Part shown: piece by piece, positions 48,811 to 59,103 of the stretch
How the letters are laid out: every line of letters starts with the position of its first letter
Position numbering within the stretch: position 1 is the first letter of the stretch
Assembly: GCA_963681965.1 (NCBI GenBank)
Contig: OY820579.1
Span: 544,001-608,000, forward strand
Length of the DNA stretch: 64,000 nucleotides
Direction: 5' to 3'
Source: a bacterium
Lineage (GTDB): Bacteria > Electryoneota > JAOADG01
Notes under the pieces: generated by a model
Database searches by the model: none
Told to the model about the DNA's origin: nothing
Seen by the model: only the letters and a program-made list of their open reading frames with translations
Translations under genes and position numbers: made by a program

Positions 48811-51800
48811 TTAATTGGTCGAGTTCTCAAAATATGTTTCGGGATACAATTTCTTCAAGCAATCGGGGCAGATACTATGCGTGAATTGTGCCGTGGAGTG
48901 TTCGGTGATATACTGCTCGATCTGTCCCCAATAGCCACGGTCGTCGCGGATCTTCTTGCAATTCGAACAGATCGGAAGCAAACCGCTTAACTTTCGAACT
49001 TCCGACAATGCCACCTGCAGTTCTTGAATCAACTTTTCCCGCTCCGCTTCGACATTTTTTTGCCAAGTGATGTTTCGACAACTGATACGTCGACCATTGG
49101 TATTTCCTTCGGAATCGACAACTCTTACACAAGAGTGATGAATCCAGACGAGATCTCCTGATTTGTGGACAATTCGGTAAATAATGTGGCGAGCATTTTC
49201 ATCTTCACGGGCGGTACAATTGTGTTCTTCGAAAAGTTTCCGATCTTCCGACCAAACGATTTGAGCCAGTAAAGTCGGTTGTGCGAGAAATTCCTCGCGA
49301 GAATATCCCGTTACCGCTTCGCACGATGGTGAAGTGTAAAGAAGATTGCCGTCGTTGTCGACCCATAATTCCCAGTCGAAAGTAAAATCGGCGATTGTGC
49401 GGAATTTTTCTTCTTTGTCGCGCAATGCTTGTTCCATCGATTCGCGATCGGTCACATCATGGATAATCGCAAACAACACCGTCTTTCCACCAGTCACCAA
49501 TGGCGAAAAGTGTACTTCGACAATTCGCGATTCGCCATTTGCCAAACGGTGATTGAAAATAAATCGGTTCTTCTCTTTCCGCATTGCTTGGATTCGAACC
49601 GCCTTCGCTTCTTCGCGCGAAAAGGTGTTGACGTCCTGAGTCGTCATCGTTTTCAACTGTTCGCGAACAAATCCGTAGAACTTCTCGGCGGCGTTGTTGG
49701 CATCAAGAATCCGTCCGGATTCCGGGTCGATTAAAGCCATAATTGCGTCATGATGCTCGAACATATTCCGGAATTGTTCTTCGCTAGAGCGGAGACTGTC
49801 TTCGACCGTCTTTTTAGCAGTTATATCGGTCACAACGCCATTGGTAATAATCGGTTCTTGCTTCGAACCATACTCGTACGATTTTGAATCGTGCATCCAT
49901 CGATACGATCCGTCGGGCATTTTAATCCGATATTCGCATTGCAATACTTCATCTGGATTCGCACGTTCCAGCAATCCTTAATCATCTTGTCGATTACTAA
50001 CTGATCGTCGGGATGGGTGATCTCTAGTATTACTTTGGAAGGATCGCGAACAAATGTTTCGAATGGAATTCCGGTCATTTTTTCGATCGACGGCGAAATA
50101 AATTCGTAGCGATTTTCCCGTTGATTGTAGCGGTACACAACATCGTTGATTTTATTCAAGAACTTATTGAATTTCGCTTCGCTTTCACGGAGTGCTTGTT
50201 CGGTTTGCTTAATTTCGGTCACATCGCGAATAACGCCGTTTATTACGATCGGTTTGCCACGACTGTCATATTCGTACGTCTTCCAATCGAGCAACCATCG
50301 GTAAGTGCCATCTGGTTTTACCACCCGGTATTCGAGTTGTAACGGTCGTTTGCTTGGTCCTTTGGTGTGGAATTCTTCAATTTCTACCCACGTCCTGTCC
50401 CAATCGGTCGGATGGGTACACATTTGCGTATACCGTCGCGGATCTTGTAGTAATTTCTCTAGCGGAATGCCTAATAACTGTGCCGTCGAAGGCGAGATAA
50501 AATCGTAAGAATTCGAATCGATGTTGTACCGATATACAGCATCGTTTACGGTATTTAAAAATCCGTTGAAGCGCTCCTCACTGGACCGCAACTCCATCTC
50601 GATGCGTTGCCGATCGAGAACTTCTTCACGTGAATCGCGATACAATGTCGCATTGTTAACGGTAACGGCGATTTGTGCGGCAATTGATTCCGCCATACGC
50701 AATTTCTCGGAATCAAAAGCATTGGAATGGGAACTGAATATTTGCACAATTCCGGTCGCTCGATTGGCAAGCAATAAGGGAACCACGATCGCGGAACGCA
50801 TTACCGAATTGGTTCGATCGGATATAGCAGACGTATTTTCCAAATCATCACTGTAGATCACTTTATTGGGAGCAACCTGCGAATTGTAATCTGCAATGAT
50901 CGTAGATTCTTTCGATTTAATTACCGTTGCTTGAATTCCCTTACCATCGAAAACTAACGGTAATTCGGGAAATTGCGAGACATCGATCCAATTATTGTCG
51001 CTATAGTAAGCGCGACACTTTATGGTTTGATGTTGCTCGTTATAGGTTGAAATCGAAATGGAATCGCAGTCCATACACTGCCCGATCAACTGACGTGCAG
51101 TCTCGTAGATTTCAGCCGACTCCAGCGTGTTCCCCAATTGGATTGTGGCTCGGTAAAAACGATTGGTTCGATCGGTTGCTTCCCGAAGTTGCACCTCGGC
51201 TCGTTTACGATCGGTAATATCGAACATCGTTCCGATCCGAACATGCCGACGCTCCAGCCAAAAACCGGTTTTTTCAATACACTGAAACCATTGACCGGTA
51301 TTCTCTTGGTAAATTTCTGTTTGCGTTACATTGGAAATCCAGTTGATATTGGATCGGTCCGAGCGATTAAATCCGATGTACTTTAACTCGGATGCCAGTG
51401 CGTAAAAATCGCGTCCGATGTTCTCGACACCGAAAACATTTTTTCCCGGAATGTTTAAGTGGACGAGTTTTCCCGTTTCAGATTCGAAAACATAAACAAT
51501 CGATTCTAAGTTGTCGAATATTTCGAGCAATTGTTTATTGAAACTATCGCGTCGATGTAGCTGCAAACCGCGCAAAACAATCAGGCTGGCGTGGAAGAGT
51601 GCCATGATGGAAACAATCAATATCATTAACTGAATTTCCATCCAGAGCTGTATTTGGTGGTTTTGATCGAATCCCAGATGGTCTAACACCGACACTTGCT
51701 GTCCCAAGCGCGCAACTACGATCGCTAGATTGGCAAGTACAGCACCGGGAAGCGCAAACCGAGCCGATACAAACAATAACAACACAACCAGAGTAAATTT

Positions 51801-52472
51801 TCCAACCCATGCGAATTGACCCGATTCACCGGAAACCAGCCAAGTTAAAAAAAATACTGTCAGAATTAAGACGGCAATTTCCGATATTTTTCGAATTCGA
51901 TTGGTGCTGATACCGCGTAGATAATATTTTTCTCCCACCAAAATCAGTGGGGCAAAAATAACGATACCGATTAAATCGGCGAACCACCATATTATCCAGG
52001 ATTGCCAAATATTCTGCGAAAACATAAAAGAAATTGTTAGTATCGCGCCGAAAGTAGCAGCAAGCATTGTACTGAAAATTGAAAAACCGAGAAAAATGAA
52101 TAGATTTTTGGGCTTGTCAATTTCAATCTTGTCGCCGAGGATTTTTCGGATTGCATATGCTGCCAATCCTGCTTCGATCGCATTGACAACAAAAAATGCC
52201 AACGCAATGAAGATGGATCGATGAATCGTCGTGAAGTAGAAAATCTGTGCGATACCAGCCGCGAGGAATAACCACTTCCAATTCCGGAAAGGTGCGAGCA
52301 GTAGTACGGACAAGAATAAACCACTTGCCGGCCAAATGACTTCGGTTTGGGATGTTTGATTGGTAAGAAACGAACAAAGGTAACAGCAGAAAAAATATGT
52401 GACACCGAAAATCGTCGTCTGAAACCAGAATGGATAAGGATTTCGAGTAGTGGTGCCGGAAACCATCTGCAC
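48811..52472 (-). CDS. MASE1-PAS-GAF-multi-PAS sensor ending in a Cys4 ribbon; frameshifted at about 49975
   Basis: MASE1 (IWPASG, WWFAD.IG...AP), GAF and PAS repeats. ORFs 49830-52472 and 48811-49974 join inside a PAS domain (DKMIK../LLERANP). Ends LLPICSNCKKIRDD.GYW...THSICPDC. Confidence 0.82.
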
Positions 52473-52887
52473 GAGACTCCCAGTGTTCAGTGATATGTTG
52501 CTAAGGTCACTTCAATTTACTGTAACTAGCTGAAGTTAATTGTTTCCTTCTCTTACAATATAACTCGGATACGTTTTTTAGCAACAGAAAAATAGCAATA
52601 AAGTAATTTTTCGGGATATTTGTTCATCTCTACCCCTTTTGAATCGCATCGTATTCGAAGCCTCTTCGTGAAACATTTTACATACTTTTTGGGTTTCCCT
52701 GCTAGCACCGTGATCAATCGAAAAGATGAACAACTTGGATTGAAACAGAACATTACATTTTTAAGATCGGGATATTGACGCATTTACGCGGAATAAATCA
52801 AATTCGACCCAGTTTCAGGTAAAAACTATTTCCATCGCTGACCATAGCGTAATTATATTATACCGATCGATATTCTGGAATTTACCT

Positions 52888-53319
52888 ATGTCATTCGAAG
52901 ATCTTTACCAAGATATATTACTCGACCACTACAAACAGCCGCGAAATGCCGGGCAAGTTAGTGGTGCGACGTGCAGTATTCACGACCACAACCCGTTGTG
53001 TGGCGACGATATTACCGTTCACATGAAGATCACCGACGGAAAAGTCGAACGGGTCGGATTCGAAGGCAAGGGGTGTGCGATCAGTATTGCTTCCGCGTCG
53101 ATGATGACGGATCAAATTCAGGGCAAACCGGTTGATGTTGCCAAACAGGAAGTCGAAACCTTTTTGGCGATTATGCGTGACGAAGACAGTTTCGACAACC
53201 ATCCCGAATTCGAAGAAGCCACATCGCTGAACGGAGTGAAAAAGCTTCATGCTCGGATCAAATGCGCCACTTTATCTTGGAATACCGCAAAAAAGATGCT
53301 GAATGGCGAAACGGAATAG
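52888..53319 (+). CDS. sufU: SufU/NifU-like Fe-S assembly protein
   Basis: LYQDILLDHYK.PRN.G, NPLCGD, G.GCAIS.ASAS.M and RIKCATL.W motifs. Confidence 0.9.
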   Translation: MSFEDLYQDILLDHYKQPRNAGQVSGATCSIHDHNPLCGDDITVHMKITDGKVERVGFEGKGCAISIASASMMTDQIQGKPVDVAKQEVETFLAIMRDEDSFDNHPEFEEATSLNGVKKLHARIKCATLSWNTAKKMLNGETE

Positions 53320-53345
53320 TGAATGAGTTAATACCCATACAAATC

Positions 53346-53371
53346 GGGCGGCATTTGCCGCCCTTTTTTTT
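53346..53371 (+). terminator. Rho-independent terminator
   Basis: GGGCGGCA/TGCCGCCC stem followed by T8. Confidence 0.85.
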
Positions 53372-53421
53372 GTTCACCGAATGAACGCCTAATTGTTTCC
53401 TAATTACGGTTAATCTGACCA

Positions 53422-54252
53422 TTAATAACCGGTAGAGTCGACTTTGCTATAATACATGTCGCCGTGAAGATTCCAATCAATTAGGAGTGCGGTGGGTTGA
53501 AGCGTGTCGATTATGGTAAACCGGCATTCCGCACCATCCAAAGCGATGACTTGCGGATCGATTATCCGCCACTTTCCAGTGATCGTTTGCTTCGGCATGA
53601 GGGTATACCAGATGAAAGAACCATCGCGACGGAACTGAAATCGATAAAGTGGAGCGCTCCCTTGATTGCTTCGGGTATCCCAATCCCCACACAGTATCCG
53701 TTCCTGCGCGCGCATTTCGGTTAGCTCCTCCTCAGTTAACGACCTGATTGGGGGCAATCCACTGGGCGGTGTACCCAAGTATCGATCGAAGTACAATCGG
53801 GAATCATCTACATCGAGAATCAAATTATTGCGGTCGGATGAGTAATCGAATGAACATTCTTGTTTGTCAATTGTTAACGTTACTGGCGACGAAAAGCGCC
53901 AGTTTCGAATCTCGATACGATTCGTTTCGCGATGAAAAATTTCCAACCGGTTATCGACATTGAAAAACCAAACGGTAAGTGGTTCCATTTCGGATTGATA
54001 CCAGCTTGTAAAAATCAGTGTTGCCACATGACGGGAATGGTATTGAGCCGGGAAAAGATGCCGATACAGCCAGCCTTCGTGATAATCGAAGGATTGAATC
54101 GAATAGGACGATTTTCCGCGGTAGGTGGTGCGATGTGCAATCGGAAACGTTATGAATAAGAGTAGAATTGCCGTGAGAATAATCCCAACGACTAGCGAAA
54201 TGATTCGGTTGATCGATTTGCCATTCGGTTTATCGGTAATCGGTTCAGACAT
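53422..54252 (-). CDS. Hypothetical membrane-anchored protein
   Basis: N-terminal TM and a C-terminal lipocalin-like pattern (LCGDW...F.FRRDGSF...GKW). Confidence 0.6.
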   Translation of the reverse strand: MSEPITDKPNGKSINRIISLVVGIILTAILLLFITFPIAHRTTYRGKSSYSIQSFDYHEGWLYRHLFPAQYHSRHVATLIFTSWYQSEMEPLTVWFFNVDNRLEIFHRETNRIEIRNWRFSSPVTLTIDKQECSFDYSSDRNNLILDVDDSRLYFDRYLGTPPSGLPPIRSLTEEELTEMRAQERILCGDWDTRSNQGSAPLYRFQFRRDGSFIWYTLMPKQTITGKWRIIDPQVIALDGAECRFTIIDTLQPTALLIDWNLHGDMYYSKVDSTGY

Positions 54253-54447
54253 TTGCAACTCCACGTGGAGGAGATTGATTGGGTGGTGAATTCAAGAGAG
54301 CAAGCGTAGCGAGCACGCCGTCAATAACGAGCGATGCATCTCTTCATGGTAGTGAAGATAAAACACAATATAAACAAAATACAAGACTTAACTAGAAGTA
54401 GAGATCGTTAAACTGTAACTGTGTTTTGTGTTGTCGATCCAATCGAA

Positions 54448-55938
54448 TTATACACCATTTAACATAATCGTCACGTCGAACCAGTGCATCGCGTTGGGTG
54501 GTAGCATTACAAATAGACCTTCGTCATTTAACTCGTTACCGTCACGGAGATAAGTTGTATCGGTCATCCGGTCGTGAAGTTTTACTTTCCGTCCAGCGAT
54601 ACCCACGATATGCAGTGGTACTCGTCCACATGCCATTTGAGCGGATAAATTTCCAATCCATAACAATCGATTTTGACCCGAAGTCCACAGCACCGGAACT
54701 AACGCTTCAAACGATTGATCGTCCGAACCGGAACTGATCACTCCAACCATTTGTGCACAGGCAGTTTGGAAGGGAAACTCGGTGATCCAAGTGTTCATTT
54801 TGCCAATAAATTCTTGAACCGATGGCAAAGGCGGCTCGATGGGTCGGCGATCAAGTTGGATTGGCAACTTTATTCTTGCACCCGTCTCCAACCCCTCGTG
54901 CCAGAGGATATGTCCGGGCTGCATCCACATCAGTCCATACAACACTGGCAGCCATTCCGGGGGAACGTGAAAGGCAATCCGGCTTTCGTCGTGATTTTCC
55001 AAGAATCGGAGACGGTGTTGTCCCCAAGCTCGTCGTTCTACTAAGGTAGATCGCAGTTCATTGGCATTACCTGAAAAAGCACGAGTTACGAAGTCCTTAT
55101 CATAAACCAGATCGAATCCCATTTCCACCAATTTATTTTCGGTACCCCAATAGCACTCGGCAATAAATAAAAACGATGGTTTCACAGCCCGCACAGCATC
55201 GATCGCCTGCACCCAAAACTCCATTTGAGGTGCTTCGCCGTTTCCCCAAGTTTTCTTGAAAATATTGTTCAAGACCAGCATCGCCATATCACATCGGACA
55301 CCATCGCAATGGTCGGCAATTTTTAATAACTCTTCAATCAACGCCGTGCGGGTTTCGGGTTTCCGGTAATCAAGTTGTGCAGTATCGGTCCAAGCGGGAT
55401 AATACGGATCACGCCCATGTGCGATCCAGCAGGTTCCTTGCCGGGTTTTGGCGGCAAACCATCCGTGCGGTGGTGTAGAGGTGTCGGCAAAATCGGTACG
55501 GTGTATAAACCGTTCCGGTCGGCTGTAGATCCACGGGTGATCGATTGCCATGTGATTGGGTACAAAATCGAGAATCAGTCCTAAACCGCGATCCGACAAC
55601 CGTTTCCGAAATCGAGCAAATGCTTGCGGAGTTCCGAGGTTCTCGGATGGTTCGTACTCGTTGATTGCATAGGGCGAGCCGACGACATCGCCAGCATTCC
55701 AATCGGGCAATGCGTCGCTGTACGATTTTCGCAAATCGGGGTGCATCAATGCCACTTCGCGACCGGCAGGCGATCGTTTCCAAGCGCCCATCCCCCACAC
55801 GTGGGTGATCGGTTGCTCACACCAACGGTCCAATTCCGCATCGGGAATATTATCTAGCGACGGTTGGGATCCTAGTGGGGTAAATTGGCGGACAGCGGTG
55901 AAAAGATTGACTTCGCGGATAATTTGTCGTGTTACCAT
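54448..55938 (-). CDS. Alpha-amylase family (GH13) glycoside hydrolase
   Basis: GSPYAI, LDFVPNH, GVRCDMA, FIAECY and FLENHDE (catalytic triad). GAGG RBS before ATG 55938. Confidence 0.92.
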   Translation of the reverse strand: MVTRQIIREVNLFTAVRQFTPLGSQPSLDNIPDAELDRWCEQPITHVWGMGAWKRSPAGREVALMHPDLRKSYSDALPDWNAGDVVGSPYAINEYEPSENLGTPQAFARFRKRLSDRGLGLILDFVPNHMAIDHPWIYSRPERFIHRTDFADTSTPPHGWFAAKTRQGTCWIAHGRDPYYPAWTDTAQLDYRKPETRTALIEELLKIADHCDGVRCDMAMLVLNNIFKKTWGNGEAPQMEFWVQAIDAVRAVKPSFLFIAECYWGTENKLVEMGFDLVYDKDFVTRAFSGNANELRSTLVERRAWGQHRLRFLENHDESRIAFHVPPEWLPVLYGLMWMQPGHILWHEGLETGARIKLPIQLDRRPIEPPLPSVQEFIGKMNTWITEFPFQTACAQMVGVISSGSDDQSFEALVPVLWTSGQNRLLWIGNLSAQMACGRVPLHIVGIAGRKVKLHDRMTDTTYLRDGNELNDEGLFVMLPPNAMHWFDVTIMLNGV

Positions 55939-56196
55939 GGTGCCTCGGTGGTCGTAATCTTCCGATTCTTTATCGACCTGATTTACGTCTAAGATAACAA
56001 CAAACCCGGTTTTTTCCTTTTCTTCCATCCAATGGGTATATTTTGCGATAGATTTTATGTACTTTATATCATACGGTTTCGCATGAAGCAATCCGATGGT
56101 ATTGACAATTCAACACCTCGATTCGATGAATTCATGCGGGTTATCCATTCGGAAAAGATACTCCGAGATCTTCAATTATCTTCACAGGTAGGTTCT

Positions 56197-57132
56197 ATGC
56201 CACCACTTCGCAACGCCGACGACATTATCCGTCGCGCTCAGGAAGTTGCCTCCGAGCAGGGGATCCCTTCAGTTGCTGTACCCGCCGCTGGTGATGACGA
56301 TGTTATTGGCGCCATCAAAGGGGCTACCGATGCCGGATTTGTTCGGGCTATCCTGATCGGCGATGAACAGAAAATCAATCACTTCTGCGATGAATTAAAA
56401 GTTAATCGTGAAAAAGTAACGATTATTGCGGCTGCCGATGACGGTGCCGCGGCGAAAATCGCTTGCACCATGGCAGCGAATAAAGAAGCCAGCTTGATCA
56501 TGAAAGGCAATATGCCGACCGGCAAGCTGTTAAAAACAGTTCTTGCCAAGGAATACGGTTTCCGCACCGGTCGCATCCTCTCGCATGTTGCCGTGTTGTC
56601 AATTCCCAACTTTCCACGTCTGCTCGGTATCACCGACGGTGGTATGGTGGTCGCACCAACCGAACAAACGCGCGCCCAATTGGTTGAAAATGCCGTAGAA
56701 GTCTTTCATGCGTTGGAAATTCCCGAGCCGAAAGTGGCATTACTTTCCGCAGTGGACAACATCCGGCTCGATCTTCCGGCAACGCGCGATCTTGCCGCCT
56801 TTGCCAAAGCCGCCGAGCGTGGTTTGATTAAAGGTGCCATCGTCGATGGTCCACTGGCATTCGATAGCGCAGTGTTACCTGCGGCTATCGATAAAGTCGG
56901 ATTTCGGTCACCGGTAGTCGGTGCCGCCGATGTTCTCGTCGTCGGTGGATTTGAGGCGGGGAATATCATTGTCAAATCGTTGGATATTTTAGCCGAAGCG
57001 GTCTTCGCGGGTGTTATTGTTGGAACCAAACTACCGGTCGCACTGGTTAGTCGCTCCGACACGGCACGGAATAAACTGACTTCGGTTGCTTTGGCAACGC
57101 TGGTCGCAGCCAAATCAAGGAGTGCATCATGA
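56197..57132 (+). CDS. Phosphate butyryl/acetyltransferase
   Basis: IMKG...TG, LSHVA, TDGGM, KVALLSAV, DGPLAFD.A, GNI..K and SRSD motifs. Confidence 0.9.
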   Translation: MPPLRNADDIIRRAQEVASEQGIPSVAVPAAGDDDVIGAIKGATDAGFVRAILIGDEQKINHFCDELKVNREKVTIIAAADDGAAAKIACTMAANKEASLIMKGNMPTGKLLKTVLAKEYGFRTGRILSHVAVLSIPNFPRLLGITDGGMVVAPTEQTRAQLVENAVEVFHALEIPEPKVALLSAVDNIRLDLPATRDLAAFAKAAERGLIKGAIVDGPLAFDSAVLPAAIDKVGFRSPVVGAADVLVVGGFEAGNIIVKSLDILAEAVFAGVIVGTKLPVALVSRSDTARNKLTSVALATLVAAKSRSAS

Positions 57133-58043
57133 ACGACGATCAACTCACCATAACCTTACAAGATTATCTTGAATCACACCCCTTGTGGACAAAGCGGTCT
57201 GGCGAAAAGATGAAACGTCGTGTCGGCATTCTGTTGCCGGTTCGGTCGATGGAAGTGGAAACAATTCGCAAAGCCTGTTCCGAGAATTGGGTTGAACCGG
57301 TTCTGATCGGCAGCGAAAAAGACGTAACCAATTTTCAAACGAATTTTAAGAATCCCGGTACGACAACAGTCGTCGGTGCTAGCTGGTCGGATGCGCTGCA
57401 ACAAGCGATCGAAACCAAGGCAATCGATATTTTGCTCGAAATCGAGCATGATGTTCCCGCTCTGTTTAAGAAATTGTTGTCCATTCCCGCATATCGAACC
57501 GGTTGGGTCTCGCAAGTCGCACTGGTGCTGCCTCCTCGATTGGAAGAACGATTGCTATTGCTTTCCGATGCCGGCATTACGATCAAACCGACACTGGAGC
57601 AACACATCAAGATCGTCGAAAACGTAATCGGCGTGGCGCGCAAACTTCAATTCGAACCGATTAAAGTAGCTCTGTTGACCGCAGTCGAAACCGTTTCCGC
57701 CGATATTCCTTCGGGGATGCATTCGGCAATCATCGCTAAGATGGGTGAGCGTGGTCAATTCGGAAACGCGCAAATCGAGGGACCGCTGGCGTTGGATTTA
57801 GCACTATCCGAAGAAGCGGCAATCAAGAAAAAAGTGAAGAGCCCGGTAGCAGGACACGCCAATATTTTGATCGCTCCGAATTTGGAGGCGGGAGCAGGCT
57901 TGTATAAAGCGATGACGGCATTGGCAGGATCGGCATCGGCATCCGTGGTGGTTGGCGGTTGTATTCCTATTGCGTTGCCGTCGCGGGTCGACAACCCTGC
58001 CGCAATCGTATCGTCAATTCTTTTTGCGGCAATGCTGTCATAG
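57129..58043 (+). CDS. Second, divergent phosphate acyltransferase
   Basis: SDAG..I.P, KVALL.AVE, EGPLALDLA and SPVAG.A.ILI.PN.EAG. Lacks the MKG motif. Confidence 0.85.
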   Translation: MNDDQLTITLQDYLESHPLWTKRSGEKMKRRVGILLPVRSMEVETIRKACSENWVEPVLIGSEKDVTNFQTNFKNPGTTTVVGASWSDALQQAIETKAIDILLEIEHDVPALFKKLLSIPAYRTGWVSQVALVLPPRLEERLLLLSDAGITIKPTLEQHIKIVENVIGVARKLQFEPIKVALLTAVETVSADIPSGMHSAIIAKMGERGQFGNAQIEGPLALDLALSEEAAIKKKVKSPVAGHANILIAPNLEAGAGLYKAMTALAGSASASVVVGGCIPIALPSRVDNPAAIVSSILFAAMLS

Positions 58044-58141
58044 CAGTGTTTTGAGTAAATCTGCTTGATTACCTTTTACAATCTTGATTTTCATTGTAGC
58101 CGGACACGGTTACAGGTTGCAGAACAAGAAGGAGATTGTGT

Positions 58142-58546
58142 ATGAACCGCGACAAAGTGAGAGCACGCATTATTATCGGAGTGGTTATTGGTTTTGTGTT
58201 TGCAATTGCTTTGTCGTGGTGGAATGAATATTACGATTTCAAACTTGCCAAGTATGTCCACGACTTCAACTGGTTATCGCCGGGACTGGAGACGGTGTTG
58301 ATTATCGGGCTGGCATCATTGACGATTTACAACACGGTCTGGTCGTTTCGGCACATGAAATATCTCGAAGGATTTCTGGCGGTATGTTCCTCCTGCAAGA
58401 AAATCCGGGTGAATGAGAATTGGATTCCGTTTGAAAAATTCATTTCGACTCATTCCGAAGCCGAATTCACGCATAGTATTTGCCCCACATGCTACGAGAA
58501 GCATTACGGTGAGTTTCTCGCCAACAATCCGAAGAAACCGCAATAA
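58142..58546 (+). CDS. Two-TM protein with C-terminal Cys4 ribbon
   Basis: AAGGAGA RBS; LEGFLAVCSSCKKIR...W...FTHSICPTC. Confidence 0.8.
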   Translation: MNRDKVRARIIIGVVIGFVFAIALSWWNEYYDFKLAKYVHDFNWLSPGLETVLIIGLASLTIYNTVWSFRHMKYLEGFLAVCSSCKKIRVNENWIPFEKFISTHSEAEFTHSICPTCYEKHYGEFLANNPKKPQ

Positions 58547-58560
58547 CGAATTTTTTTTCC

Positions 58561-58917
58561 GTAGGGGCGTATCGCATATGCCCTTTTCTTTTTTTATTCA
58601 TGTCGTTTTTTTTAGTAGGGGAGGGCTCCCACGCCCTCCCGTGTTTTTTTTAGTAGGGGGGCATCCCCGCATGCCCCCGTTCTTGTATCTTTTTTCCGTA
58701 GGGGCGTATGGCATACGCCCTTTTCATTTTTTATTCATGTCGTTTTTTTAAGTAGGGGATGGCTCCCACGCCCTCCCGTTCTTGTATCATTTCTCCGTAG
58801 GGGCGTATCGCATACGCCCTTTTCTTTTTTTATTCATGTCGTTTTTAAGTAGGGGAGGGCTCCCACGCCCTCCCGTTCTTGTATCATTTCTCCGTAGGGG
58901 CGTATGGCATACGCCCC
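58561..58917 (+). repeat. BIME-like tandem array of alternating REP-like hairpins
   Basis: GTAGGGGCGTAT(G/C)GCATA(C/T)GCCC at 58561, 58698, 58797 and 58894. GTAGGGGA(G/T)GGCTCCCACGCCCTCCC at 58615, 58752 and 58849. A third type at 58653. Unit about 97-99 bp. Confidence 0.92.
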
Positions 58918-59103
58918 ATTTGTCCGTCATGAGGAGGACACCGAATCAAACGACAGGCAAGAGCGCCTGTCGCAACGGATGATGAATAAACACATCGCAG
59001 GCTCGGAGGTCTGCGTCACCGACAGACGGCGTCTGGTGCTGCCTGCCGCTTCGGACGAATGCGATTCGCCCCTACGAGAACAATCGCGCTCTCTTCTGGA
59101 TTT

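Noticed and set aside
58561-58917. Possible CRISPR array
   Set aside because: The spacers are themselves repeated and T-rich, the repeats alternate between types, and no cas genes are present. It is a REP/BIME-like array.
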